A program made the position numbers and the translations under genes. The notes beneath the pieces were generated by a model. The model was not told the origin of the DNA. It saw only the letters and a list, made by a program, of their open reading frames with translations, and ran no database searches. Shown here in pieces: positions 30,438 through 40,702 of a DNA stretch of 64,000 nucleotides (position 1 is its first letter; every line of letters starts with the position of its first letter). Source of the stretch: Desulfocapsaceae bacterium (GTDB taxonomy: Bacteria; Desulfobacterota; Desulfobulbia; Desulfobulbales; Desulfocapsaceae); NCBI GenBank assembly GCA_046704745.1, contig JBJKRL010000063.1, positions 5,387 to 69,386 on the forward strand. The letters run 5' to 3'.

Positions 30438-31367
30438 TTAAAAGAATTTATTTATAAAGGGGGAAGGCAGCCTGAAGTCGGGCACAAAGCAATCGGCACT
30501 GTCGAATTCCTGCAGCCAGCCGGTTTCAAAGCCAAGTTTTTCGATTTCGCTGGCGACCCGTTGATACTCCTCTGCCGTTATCTTCCTGTTGAGAGGAGGC
30601 AGGGTGCAAACTTTCGGGGTAGGGTTGTATTGAGCCATTAAGGATACGGCCAGACGATTTGACAGCTCCCCAGCCAGAAATCTGAAGACATCGACGCTGT
30701 CGTTGGTCGCTTCCGGAAGGACCAGGTGTCTGACGATCATCCCTGATTGGAGCTTTCCTTTCTCATTGAAAAAGAGCCTGTTCCCCTTCTGTCTGTACAT
30801 CTCCTTCACGGCTGCCCGGGCAATACGGGGATAGTCGGGTGCCTGCGACCAGCGGGCAGCCAGTTTGGGATCCATATATTTAAAATCCGGCAGATAAACG
30901 TCAATTAGTCCTTCCAGAGAGCGAAGGGTGTCGACCTTTTCGTAGGCATTGGTATTGTAAACGATGGTCGGAAAATATCCGTGTGTATGCAGATTCCCAA
31001 TAACGGCTTTGACCTGCGGAACCATATGCGAAGGGGAGACAAAACCGATTGTATCGATGCCCTGTTCCAGGTACGAGCAAATATGCCTGACTATATCGTT
31101 TAGCGAGATGAAGCGGGGGGGAATCCGCGTTGTATTCGCTGAAATTTGATAATTCTGGCAGTAGACACACTGAAGATTGCATCCGGAAAAAAAGATATTG
31201 CAGATACCGTCGGCCCCGCTGATAGGAGGTTCCTCGCCATGGTGTACGATAATTGCAGCGATCTCGAAATCGTTTCCGGTTCCACAAAATCCCTGTGTTG
31301 TTTCCCGCTCTGCACTGCAATTACGAGGGCAGAGCATACATTTCTTTTTTGAATGCCTCTCTTCCAT
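30438..31367 (-). CDS. Radical SAM protein, PflX-like (homolog of pyruvate formate-lyase activase)
   Basis: CNLQCVYCQN is the CxxxCxxC radical SAM cluster motif. Length is 309 aa. Confidence 0.7.
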   Translation of the reverse strand: MEERHSKKKCMLCPRNCSAERETTQGFCGTGNDFEIAAIIVHHGEEPPISGADGICNIFFSGCNLQCVYCQNYQISANTTRIPPRFISLNDIVRHICSYLEQGIDTIGFVSPSHMVPQVKAVIGNLHTHGYFPTIVYNTNAYEKVDTLRSLEGLIDVYLPDFKYMDPKLAARWSQAPDYPRIARAAVKEMYRQKGNRLFFNEKGKLQSGMIVRHLVLPEATNDSVDVFRFLAGELSNRLAVSLMAQYNPTPKVCTLPPLNRKITAEEYQRVASEIEKLGFETGWLQEFDSADCFVPDFRLPSPFINKFF

Positions 31368-31591
31368 AAATCTCTATCATACCCGATGGATTCGGTTTCT
31401 GTCCTGAAAATCGTGTAACTCTAAAAATGTATATTGGGCAACCTATCAGAATAGTTTATTAATTAGAGTAATGATGGGCAACGATTTTTATGAAAAAGCG
31501 TTGCACTGCCCAGATAAGTATGATAGGGGAAATCATCTGAGTAGGAAAAGAGATCCATCTTTATGGTTGAATTATTCATGAGGCAGCACGA

Positions 31592-33361
31592 ATGAGCATG
31601 AGAGCATTATTTCAAGAGGTCATGGAGCTGAATATGATGGACGACAGCGAGCAAAAAGAAGCGGTTGCCCGCGACTTTTTTCAAAGGCTGAATACCATGC
31701 AGAAGCCCGAGTATTTTAATTGGGCATCCGATATTTTTGATGACCTCCATGTCCGGGAGCGAGGCGGGAACACAGCCTTGATCTGGATGGACATCCCCAC
31801 TTGGCGCCAAACATGTTTTACCTACGCGGAATTTGCCGATAGAGGCAATAGGTGCTTGAATAGACTGCGTCGGGCCGGGGTAAAAAAAGGCGATAACGTG
31901 TATATGATGGTCCCTTTGATACCCGAAACCTGGTTTACAGCCTATGCCTGTCTGAAAGGGGGGCTGGTGATCGTACTCTCCGCGACCTCTCTTATTATGC
32001 GGGAGATGCAATACAGGTTTGAATCATATCCTCCCGATGTCATTCTCTCCGATGCAGGTTTTACCGAGATGATCGATACCGCCATAGAAGTCACGGGGGT
32101 GAAGCCTAAACTGAAACTGGTGGTCGGCGATAAAGACGGGTGGGTTAATTATAATGAAGTTGAGAAGGAGGAGCCAACAGCAGAAGCTGAGAGGTGCGGA
32201 TTTGACGATTTTCTGTTCTGTTTTTTTACCTCCGGAACCGCGGGGCTACCGAAAAAAGTGGGGCATACGGCAAGCTCCTATCCTATCGGTCACCTCTCCA
32301 CCGATGTGATGATCGGTATCCGTCCCGATGACATCCATCATAATCTCTCTGCCCCCGGCTGGGCCAAATGGGCTTGGTCGAGTTTTTTTGCTCCTCTGAA
32401 TATGGGAGCTACGGCAACGGGCATCAATTTCAAGGTGTTCGAAGGCCATAGCTATCTGGATGCCGTACAGGCCTGTGGAGTAACCACCTTCTGCGCCCCT
32501 CCCACCGCCTGGCGAATGTTTACCAATCTGGATTTAAGCAGCCATAGTCTTACGACCCTGAGACAGTCGGTGAGTGCGGGAGAACCGTTGAACCCCGAGG
32601 TTATCAACCGTTGGAAGCGGCATACCGGGACTGAAATCCGGGATATCTACGGACAAACGGAGTCCACGGCCATGATCGGCAACCCTCCTTGGATGCAGGG
32701 AAAGATGCGAATTGGTTCTTTTGGTTTTCCCTCTTTTATGTACGACATGGTCCTACTGGACAACAGGGGACAGCCTATTACCCGGACCGGCCAGACCGGT
32801 CATATTGCCGTTCGGCTTGACCGCTGGCGGCCCCTCGGACTTTTTACCGGATATATAGACGACCCGAATAAAACGGCGAGTGTGTTTGTCGATGATTTCT
32901 ATTATACTGGTGATCGAGCCAGATTCGACGAGGATGGATACTGGTGGTTTGTCGGCCGAGCCGATGATGTCATCAGATCCTCTGATTATCGTATCGGACC
33001 CTTTGATGTGGAAAATGTTCTCATTGAACATCCCTGTGTGGGCGAAGCAGCCGTTGTCGGGGCTCCAGACCCGAAACGATACCAGATCGTGAAAGCCTAT
33101 ATTATCCTGAATAAAGGGTATAAACCGTCCTGGGAGCTGGCCTTGGAACTCTTTCGCCATTCTACGGAAAATCTCGCTAGGTTTAAAATTCCGAGGATTA
33201 TCGAATTCGTCCCCGAGCTGCCCAAAACCATAAGCGGCAAGATCAGAAGGATCGATCTCAAGGAAAGTGAACAATCACGAACGCGCAACGAGACGGGCCC
33301 GCGTGAGAACGAGTTCTTCTATTGGGATTTCCCGGAGCTACTTCGAGATAATAATCAATAA
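31592..33361 (+). CDS. AMP-forming acyl-CoA synthetase (medium/short-chain type)
   Basis: FFTSGTAGLPKKV is the AMP-binding motif I. YGQTE, YYTGDRA and KTISGKIRR complete the adenylate-forming enzyme motifs. Confidence 0.85.
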   Translation: MSMRALFQEVMELNMMDDSEQKEAVARDFFQRLNTMQKPEYFNWASDIFDDLHVRERGGNTALIWMDIPTWRQTCFTYAEFADRGNRCLNRLRRAGVKKGDNVYMMVPLIPETWFTAYACLKGGLVIVLSATSLIMREMQYRFESYPPDVILSDAGFTEMIDTAIEVTGVKPKLKLVVGDKDGWVNYNEVEKEEPTAEAERCGFDDFLFCFFTSGTAGLPKKVGHTASSYPIGHLSTDVMIGIRPDDIHHNLSAPGWAKWAWSSFFAPLNMGATATGINFKVFEGHSYLDAVQACGVTTFCAPPTAWRMFTNLDLSSHSLTTLRQSVSAGEPLNPEVINRWKRHTGTEIRDIYGQTESTAMIGNPPWMQGKMRIGSFGFPSFMYDMVLLDNRGQPITRTGQTGHIAVRLDRWRPLGLFTGYIDDPNKTASVFVDDFYYTGDRARFDEDGYWWFVGRADDVIRSSDYRIGPFDVENVLIEHPCVGEAAVVGAPDPKRYQIVKAYIILNKGYKPSWELALELFRHSTENLARFKIPRIIEFVPELPKTISGKIRRIDLKESEQSRTRNETGPRENEFFYWDFPELLRDNNQ

Positions 33362-33364
33362 CGG

Positions 33365-33580
33365 GAGCCACTTGCAAAAAGATCTTCTCGGAGTCTCGCC
33401 GGCTCGCTTACCGGCCCAAACTCCGCGTTATGCTCAAAATTTTATCCTCGGAGGTAAGCACCCTCCGGGCATAAACTCTGACTCCGATATCATTTATATA
33501 CCTCCGGTAAAATTATTCGCATGCCTTGATTTTGAACCGGTAAGCATAGACTCCGAGAATCCTCCTTTTACAAAAGGCTC
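33365..33580 (+). mobile_element. MITE-like 216-bp non-coding element, copy A
   Basis: Terminal inverted repeats are GAGCCACTTGCAAAA and (reverse-complemented right end) GAGCCTTTTGCAAAA. ACGG is present immediately outside both ends (33361-33364 and 33581-33584). Near-identical copies occur at 52625-52840 and 55977-56168. Confidence 0.75.
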
Positions 33581-33597
33581 ACGGGTTAACCGTTCTG

Positions 33598-35454
33598 TTA
33601 CAAGAAGGGCATTTCAATCTCGATTTCACCGCTGCTGCATCTATTTCGTTCCGCATGTGGATAGCGTCCCAAAAACACCTTGAGCATCTTGGTGTTTTCC
33701 GCCAACACAGTGGCTGTAAAGGCCGTGTATCCATTCGTTCTGGCGATATCCTCCAACACCTTGAGAAGATGGGAACCAATCCCAATGCCATGCAGTTCCT
33801 CTTTGACCAAAAAAGCAGCTTCAGCTATGTTTTCTCCGGCCTCGGCGTAAGAGGCTATGGCCACAATCTGCTTACGTCTTCCTATCTGCCAGTAGCCTAT
33901 GATGGTCATATTTCGGCGATAATCCACATCCGCCCATTGTTTTTGCAGCATATCCCGGGAAAAGACCCTGCGTTTATTAAAGAAACGGAAATAAATGGAG
34001 TCCTCCTGCAGGGAGTAGTAAAAATGGCGTGATTCGAACTCATCGGATGGGAGCAGCGGCCGGAATTCGATGTGTTTGCCTGAAGGCAGCTCCATTGACG
34101 ACTTGTAGTCTTCCAGAAACAGGAGGTCCTCTTTTGAAGGAGGGAGTTGGTCGGAAAAGATGTAGCGTCTTTTCTTGGCCTCTTCGATCAGTTCTTCTCG
34201 AAACTTTGGATGAGCGATCTGTGCCAGTTCCATGACCCGCTGGTAAATGCTTTTCCGCCGTAGCTCGGCAACTCCGTATTCGGTGACGACGATATCAATA
34301 TCACCCCTGGTTGCCGCAACGCCGGCGCCTTCGCTGAGATGCGGAACGATCCTCGAGACCTTGCCGTTTTCAGCGGTGGATGGAATGACGATGATGGAGA
34401 ATCCTCCTTTGGACATACTGCTGCCCCGGATGAAATCCACCTGATCTCCGATACCGCTGAAGAAAAGATAGCCTTTGGAGTCGGTGCAGACCTGCCCGGT
34501 GAGATCAACCTCAAGTGCTGAGCTGATGGAAATAAAATTATCGTTTCTGGCTATGACATTGGGGTCGTTGACAAACTCCGATGAACGGAAATAAAACATC
34601 GGGTTATTATGGACATAATCGTAGAGCTTTTTTGAGCCCATACATAGAGAGGCCACCACCCGGCCGGGGAGGTAGGATTTGTTTCTGTTGGTGATCACCT
34701 TCTGTTCAAAAAGCGGCAGCAGCCCATCGGTGATGACCTGGGTGTGGATGCCGAGATCCTTCTTGCCTGTCAGGGTTGAAACCACGGCATCCGGGAGATG
34801 ACCAAATCCCACCTGCAGGGTTGCTCCGTCGTCGACAAGCTGGTTGATGTAATAGCCGATCCTCTTTATAATATTGGCGTTTTTCGGGCGTGGGATCATC
34901 TCCATAAGCGGTTCTTCATGGAAGACGATATAGTCGAGTTCGTCCACATGCACCAGGCTGTCCCCCCAGGTCATGGGCATCTGCGGATTGACCTGGGCGA
35001 TGACAAGCTTGGCATTTTTCATACCCGAGAGGGTGATGTCCACGGAGATGCCGAGACTGCAGAAGCCGAACTTATCCGGAGGACTGACCTGGATCAGGGC
35101 TACATCCAGGCCGATTTCCTTGGAAGTGAAAATCTCCGGAATTTGGGACAGGTAAACAGGGATATAGTCGATCTTGCCGTCGAAGGCGGCTTGTCGCATA
35201 TAATAACTGATAAAAAAGAGTTTGATGGAAAAGCGGTTGAGAAAATCCTCATCGTTCATATAACCGGCAAAGGTCGAAGACAGCATCTGATAAACGATGA
35301 TATCCTGAAGAGCCTTGTTAGCCACCATGGCCTTAATCAACTCCTGGGGTTCTCCGCATCCGGTTCCGACAAAGACTCGGCTGCCGTTTTCAATCTTCTT
35401 TACGGCCTCTGGGGCGGTGAGGATCTTATTTGGACAATATTCTTGAAGGTTCAT
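33598..35454 (-). CDS. Acetyl-CoA hydrolase/transferase-family protein fused to a C-terminal GNAT acetyltransferase domain
   Basis: 618 aa. The N-terminal about 430 aa resemble the AcetylCoA_hydro/transf family. The C-terminus LHGIGIGSHLLKVLEDIARTNGY is a GNAT motif A-like segment. Confidence 0.7.
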   Translation of the reverse strand: MNLQEYCPNKILTAPEAVKKIENGSRVFVGTGCGEPQELIKAMVANKALQDIIVYQMLSSTFAGYMNDEDFLNRFSIKLFFISYYMRQAAFDGKIDYIPVYLSQIPEIFTSKEIGLDVALIQVSPPDKFGFCSLGISVDITLSGMKNAKLVIAQVNPQMPMTWGDSLVHVDELDYIVFHEEPLMEMIPRPKNANIIKRIGYYINQLVDDGATLQVGFGHLPDAVVSTLTGKKDLGIHTQVITDGLLPLFEQKVITNRNKSYLPGRVVASLCMGSKKLYDYVHNNPMFYFRSSEFVNDPNVIARNDNFISISSALEVDLTGQVCTDSKGYLFFSGIGDQVDFIRGSSMSKGGFSIIVIPSTAENGKVSRIVPHLSEGAGVAATRGDIDIVVTEYGVAELRRKSIYQRVMELAQIAHPKFREELIEEAKKRRYIFSDQLPPSKEDLLFLEDYKSSMELPSGKHIEFRPLLPSDEFESRHFYYSLQEDSIYFRFFNKRRVFSRDMLQKQWADVDYRRNMTIIGYWQIGRRKQIVAIASYAEAGENIAEAAFLVKEELHGIGIGSHLLKVLEDIARTNGYTAFTATVLAENTKMLKVFLGRYPHAERNRCSSGEIEIEMPFL

Positions 35455-35843
35455 AGCTGTTCCTGGTTGTTAAATGGCAATAATCCGGATTTCTCATCAG
35501 TTCAGGCGGCGTCAGGTTCGAAATTTTTGGCAATATACATTGTTTATTGCCATATGTGAAAATGATGGCGTTTACTGTATTGAGCCCCAGGGGCATTCGA
35601 AGTCGAAGTTCATACCCGAAAGGTGCTTATCTGTTTCATTGCGCCTTTGGTGACACTTTGTAGGTCTGTAGGCACAATTATTTCTTTGGAATGTCTTGTC
35701 CTTTTTGAAGGGGTGACAAATCGAGCACTGTGCTCATGAGAAATCCGGGTTAACGGGGGACAGGGTATGCCCCAAAATAATTGTAGCAGGCCAGCGGACA
35801 CGGATCAATATTTTTACGGAGAAAAACGGGCTACGATAAAGCC

Positions 35844-35872
35844 TTGACAAGATCTTCGGCAAGGGATAATAA
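35844..35872 (+). promoter_or_regulatory. Sigma-70-type promoter candidate upstream of icmF
   Basis: TTGACA (35844-35849), an exact 17-nt spacer, then TAATAA (35867-35872). It lies about 145 nt upstream of the icmF ATG. Confidence 0.5.
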
Positions 35873-36015
35873 TAATTTATGACTGAGCGCTCGTTCACTT
35901 TTTAAAAACGAGGTCCTTTTGCTGATGCTCAAGATATTTTGTAACATCATAATCTTAAAAAGATTTTATCGATATTGTCGACAATTAAATATGTTTCACT
36001 CAAAAGAGGTAGGTC

Positions 36016-39000
36016 ATGGGAGAGGATGTTAAAATTTATAAATCACACAACAATATCAGGGTCGTTACGGCAACGGCGCTGTTTGACGGTCATGATGCGA
36101 CAATTAATATCATCCGGAGAATTCTCCAGGATACCGGAACCGAGGTTATTCATCTTGCCCACAACCGATCCGTCCAGGAGTTTGTCGATGCCGCCATTGA
36201 AGAAGATGTCCAGGGAGTGGCAATGTCCAGCTACCAGGGGGGGCATATGGAAGGCTTCAAATATATGCTCGATCTTCTGAAAGAAAAAGGCGCCGGACAT
36301 ATCAAGGTCTTCGGCGGTGGCGGCGGTGTTATTGTTCCCGAAGAGATAGACGAGTTGCACCGCTATGGGGTTACCCGTATTTATTCGCCAGAAGACGGGG
36401 CCATTATGGGGCTCCAGGGGATCATCAATCACATGGTTGAAAACATGGATTTTTCAACACTTGATTTCCATGATCTCGATCCGGCCAAACTCAGCAGTGA
36501 CCATAAGAAGACCGTTGCGGGCTTCATTACCGCTGTGGAGGAGGCGAAAGCAAAAAACAAAGCGAAACTAGACGAGTTGATGGCGGTAATTCGGCCGTTA
36601 GCCGCTAAGAAGAACCCGCCGGTGATCGGGATAACCGGAACCGGTGGAGCCGGGAAATCCTCGCTTACCGATGAGTTGATCATACGCTTTCTTCATGATA
36701 TTGAGGACATCAAGATTGCCATTATCAGTTGTGATCCATCCCGACGTAAGACCGGCGGTGCCCTGTTGGGTGATCGTATCCGGATGAACGGCATATCTTC
36801 TCGCCGGGTCTATATGCGCAGCCTGGCAACTCGAGAATCTCATAGTGAAGTTGCAGAGGCCTTACCTGAGGCGATACAGGTGGCCAAGGCGGCAGGGTAT
36901 GATCTGGTCATTGCCGAAACCGCAGGGATCGGCCAAGGAGATTCCAATATCATCCAGATATCAGATGTTGCAATCTACGTTATGACCAGTGAGTTCGGTG
37001 CTCCCTCCCAGCTGGAGAAAATCGACATGCTGGATTACGCTGACCTGATTGTCGTCAACAAGTTTGAAAAGAAAGGCAGCGATGATGCAGTTCGTGACGT
37101 CAGAAAACAGGTACAACGGAATAAAAAGGCATGGGACACGCCTCCTTTTCAGATGCCGGTTTTCGGAACCATTGCCTCAAAGTTTAACGACGACGGAGTG
37201 ACCGCTCTTTATCACGGTGTGATTGAAGCGATCAATGCTAAAACAAACAGCTCATTTATACCTCGACTTCCCAAACCAGCCGAGAAGATCTCGTCGTCGA
37301 AGACCATCATTATTCCTCCGGAAAGAGGCCGGTATCTAGCCGAAATTTCCGATACGGTCAGGAAGTATCATAGAAAAACGAAAGAACAATCAGCCGAACT
37401 CAGAAAGGTTTGGCATCTGCATGAGACCCTTGACCATTTTGGAAAAAAACAAGCCGGCGATGTAAATACCCTGCTGGAACAGTTGAAGGAAGAAGTGAAT
37501 GACGCTTCGGAGAAAGTAAGCCCGGAGACCACTGATCTGGTCAAAAGCTGGGAGAAACTTAGAGAGGCATATTCAGGCGATGAATATATCTATAAGGTCC
37601 GGGGTCGAGAGATAAGAGTGCCGCTGCATACCGAGTCGCTTTCCCATTCGAAGATCCCCAAGATCTCTCTGCCGAAATTTTCCGATCCCAGCGATATCTA
37701 TGCCTGGATGCGCAAGGAAAATCTTCCTGGACATTTTCCCTTTACCGCCGGCGTTTTTCCCATGAAGAGACGGGGGGAGGATCCGACCCGGATGTTTGCG
37801 GGCGAAGGCGGCCCTGCCAGGACCAATAAGCGCTTCAAGATGCTCTCGGAGAATTATCCGGCCAAACGACTGTCGACGGCCTTTGATTCGGTTACCCTTT
37901 ATGGCTGTGATCCGGGTGAGCGTCCGGATATTTACGGCAAGATCGGGACTTCGGGTGTCAGCGTTTGTACCCTTGACGATGTTAAAGTTCTCTATGGAGG
38001 CTTTGACCTTTTAGCACCAACAACCTCGGTATCGATGACCATCAACGGTCCGGCGCCGATCATCCTGGCCATGTTTATGAATACGGCCATCGACCAGCAG
38101 ATTGACAGATTCAAGTCTGAAAACGGTCGGCTTCCCGATCCGACGGAGACAGCCAAGCTCAAGGCGGTGGTACTGGAAAATGTCCGTGGGACGGTCCAGG
38201 CCGATATCCTCAAGGAGGACCAGGGGCAAAACACCTGTATCTTTTCCATCGATTTTGCCCTGAAGATGATGGGGGATATTCAGGAGTATTTTATCAGGAA
38301 CAATGTGCAAAATTTCTATTCGGTTTCCATTTCCGGCTACCATATCGCGGAAGCCGGCGCCAATCCCATTACCCAGCTGGCTCTGACCCTATCAAACGGT
38401 TTTACCTATGTCGAGTACTATCTATCGCGTGGAATGGATATTAATAAGTTTGCACCGAATCTCTCCTTTTTCTTCTCCAACGGCATGGAGCCGGAATACA
38501 CCGTCATCGGCCGGGTGGCGAGAAGGATCTGGTCCATAGCCTTGCGGGAGAGGTACAACGCATCCGAGGCCTCGCAAAAGCTGAAATATCATATCCAGAC
38601 TTCTGGGCGTTCTCTGCATTGCCAGGAGGTCCAATTCAACGATATCAGAACGACTTTACAGGCTCTGTGCGCGATCTACGATAACTGCAACAGTCTGCAT
38701 ACCAACGCCTATGACGAAGCCATAACCACACCAAGTACGGAATCGGTGCGCCGTGCTCTAGCCATTCAGCTGATCATCAACCGCGAGTGGGGCCTGGTGA
38801 GAAATGAAAATATGAATCAGGGGAGTTTTATCATCGAAGAACTCACCGATCTGGTGGAAGAGGCGGTACTGTGCGAATTCGAACGAATCACCGAACGAGG
38901 TGGTGTTATGGGGGCCATGGAAACAGGGTATCAGCGGAGCAAGATACAGGAAGAGTCCATGTACTATGAGTATCTAAAGCATTCCGGCGAATATCCGATA

Positions 39001-39291
39001 ATAGGCGTTAACACCTTCAGGAATCCTGACGCCGACTACGTTGCCGCCAACGCGAGCCTTGAACTTGCCAGAGCCTCGGACGAGGAAAAAGATGACCAGC
39101 TGGCCCGACTGAAGGACTTTCAGAAACGCAATGCCGATTCGGCACCAGATGCCTTGAAAAAGCTTCAGGAGACGGCCCTTTCCGGCGGCAATATCTTCGA
39201 GGAATTGATGGAGACCGTAAAGTCCTGCAGTCTGGGGCAGATAACAACCGCCTTGTACGAGGTTGGGGGGAAATATCGCAGAAATATGTAG
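36016..39291 (+). CDS. icmF: Fused isobutyryl-CoA mutase IcmF (B12-binding domain - MeaB-like GTPase - mutase barrel)
   Basis: 1091 aa. The N-terminus has [12 protein letters not shown] (B12 His-ligand region). The P-loop is GTGGAGKSS, with VVNKFEK. The C-terminal half is a long methylmalonyl/isobutyryl-CoA mutase-like domain. Confidence 0.9.
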   Translation: MGEDVKIYKSHNNIRVVTATALFDGHDATINIIRRILQDTGTEVIHLAHNRSVQEFVDAAIEEDVQGVAMSSYQGGHMEGFKYMLDLLKEKGAGHIKVFGGGGGVIVPEEIDELHRYGVTRIYSPEDGAIMGLQGIINHMVENMDFSTLDFHDLDPAKLSSDHKKTVAGFITAVEEAKAKNKAKLDELMAVIRPLAAKKNPPVIGITGTGGAGKSSLTDELIIRFLHDIEDIKIAIISCDPSRRKTGGALLGDRIRMNGISSRRVYMRSLATRESHSEVAEALPEAIQVAKAAGYDLVIAETAGIGQGDSNIIQISDVAIYVMTSEFGAPSQLEKIDMLDYADLIVVNKFEKKGSDDAVRDVRKQVQRNKKAWDTPPFQMPVFGTIASKFNDDGVTALYHGVIEAINAKTNSSFIPRLPKPAEKISSSKTIIIPPERGRYLAEISDTVRKYHRKTKEQSAELRKVWHLHETLDHFGKKQAGDVNTLLEQLKEEVNDASEKVSPETTDLVKSWEKLREAYSGDEYIYKVRGREIRVPLHTESLSHSKIPKISLPKFSDPSDIYAWMRKENLPGHFPFTAGVFPMKRRGEDPTRMFAGEGGPARTNKRFKMLSENYPAKRLSTAFDSVTLYGCDPGERPDIYGKIGTSGVSVCTLDDVKVLYGGFDLLAPTTSVSMTINGPAPIILAMFMNTAIDQQIDRFKSENGRLPDPTETAKLKAVVLENVRGTVQADILKEDQGQNTCIFSIDFALKMMGDIQEYFIRNNVQNFYSVSISGYHIAEAGANPITQLALTLSNGFTYVEYYLSRGMDINKFAPNLSFFFSNGMEPEYTVIGRVARRIWSIALRERYNASEASQKLKYHIQTSGRSLHCQEVQFNDIRTTLQALCAIYDNCNSLHTNAYDEAITTPSTESVRRALAIQLIINREWGLVRNENMNQGSFIIEELTDLVEEAVLCEFERITERGGVMGAMETGYQRSKIQEESMYYEYLKHSGEYPIIGVNTFRNPDADYVAANASLELARASDEEKDDQLARLKDFQKRNADSAPDALKKLQETALSGGNIFEELMETVKSCSLGQITTALYEVGGKYRRNM

Positions 39292-40158
39292 TCTTTTTGC
39301 TGCACGTAACTCACAACGGAGATCCCGGAAGGAATATCTTCCGGGTGGGTTGTGGGGAATCAGTTAAAGTAAAGGGTCATAATACTTTTGATGAGCAGCG
39401 CACTGACGGTAAGCACACCCGAAACCACTATACCATTCCATAGACCTTCGGCTATCGCCGTTACCATATCAATAACCGGTGCTTTTTCTCGATAGTATAG
39501 ATTTTTCATAGCTTTGTTGCGCGGAACCGCACTCCTTTAACACTGAAGCTCAACAAATTTTACGATCCTTCCAAACATATTTTAATGTACTCCACTTCCA
39601 GTTGTGCATATTGTGCGCAGGCTTGCGCCGGGTAAAATCTCTTTCCTGCTTAAAAAATACGAAAAAACAGTGACAAATGTCAAGAAAAATCACTTCCCGG
39701 AGGTGGTTTAGTGGTTCTTCAGGTAATAATTGGGCTGGGTTTATGCGTTTATTTTACATAAAATAAGCAAGATAAGATTTCTCGATTAGAAAGAACCAAT
39801 AAGAAAAAAGGAGTGTGGCGCTGTTTGAAAGCAGATTGAAATCTGTGCTAATAGAAATTTAATCTTAAGGTGCCGTGTACATTACGCACAACTAGCACAT
39901 CGGCATTTAACTGTTTTGGCAGAAACCTTCAGCTTGTTTCGGAGGTGATTGGTATGAGCGCATTGAGCGGCTTTATGCATGAGCCAAAAGCTCCTGTCGG
40001 TGAGAAATCCGGGAATAGTGGATGAAATTATGGTAAAGAGTTGCTATGTTTTTTTTGCCATCTATTTCGGGAAAAGGAAAGATTGCGTTTCGCGGATTGG
40101 AGAGTTTTTTTCAAAATCACAGTCGCTTACAAGCGATCAACCAAGGGGAAATGAGGCT

Positions 40159-40443
40159 ATGGTTACGTCAATTATTCTCTTAAATGTTGAACGGGCGAAA
40201 ATTAATGAAGTTGCCGAAGCATTGGCTGAAATGGATGGCGTTTCCGAAGTATATTCGGTGAGCGGTTCGTATGATTTGGTGGCCATTGCCAGGGTTGTTA
40301 GCAATGAAAAACTATCGGAGCTGGTGACCAGCCGGATGGTGAAAGTAACAGGCATTCAAAAGACCGAGACCATGCTTGCTTTTCAAACGTTTTCCCGGCA
40401 TGATCTGGATTCTATGTTCTCCATCGGTCTGGATGGGATTTGA
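40159..40443 (+). CDS. Lrp/AsnC-type ligand-binding (RAM) domain-only protein
   Basis: MVTSIILLNVERAKINEVAEALAEMDGVSEVYSVSGSYDLVAIARV is the RAM/AsnC_trans_reg pattern. The start is set at the ATG after GGGGAAATGAGG. The upstream part of the track ORF has no HTH-like sequence. Confidence 0.65.
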   Translation: MVTSIILLNVERAKINEVAEALAEMDGVSEVYSVSGSYDLVAIARVVSNEKLSELVTSRMVKVTGIQKTETMLAFQTFSRHDLDSMFSIGLDGI

Positions 40444-40702
40444 TCCTGAAACCACCACTTCTGTTCCGTGAACCAGATTTTTGTTTGAGGATCTTACTTT
40501 TCTCTTTATTGTCGATATCGATAGATTCAAGAGAAATCATCCCTTTCCCGATTGTCATTCCAAGACGGTATCCGACTTTGGTTCAGGGAGGTGATAGTGC
40601 TGCGAGCTGAGCCTTTTTAACCCTCCGTTCATGACCGCCACCGGATAATGTGTGGCAACTCTTAAAAACTTTAGTACGCCATCTCAATCCGTGAACGACG
40701 AT

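Noticed and set aside
33267-33683. An open reading frame runs through the 216-bp element. It is in the ORF track here and at 52579-52893. A GGAG...TTG sequence at the element's 5' end suggested a small conserved protein.
   Set aside because: - All nine nucleotide differences between copies A and B change the amino acid in that frame, so there is no sign of purifying selection.
- The three copies would end at different, unrelated C-termini outside the element.
- There is no ATG start, and the GGAG-to-TTG spacing is only 4 nt.
- The element is better explained as non-coding DNA or RNA.
39360-39509. A 49-codon minus-strand ORF (MKNLYYREKAPVIDMVTAIAEGLWNGIVVSGVLTVSALLIKSIMTLYFN) downstream of icmF, possibly a small membrane protein.
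   Set aside because: It has one hydrophobic helix, but there is no Shine-Dalgarno-like sequence upstream of the ATG and no supporting context. The evidence is insufficient to annotate it.
39979-40158. A full-length Lrp/AsnC regulator (HTH plus RAM) from the 154-aa track ORF.
   Set aside because: The first 60 residues (MSQKLLSVRNPGIVDEIMVKSCYVFFAIYFGKRK...) show no winged-HTH pattern. A good start with GGGGAAATGAGG precedes the RAM domain, so the gene is called RAM-only.
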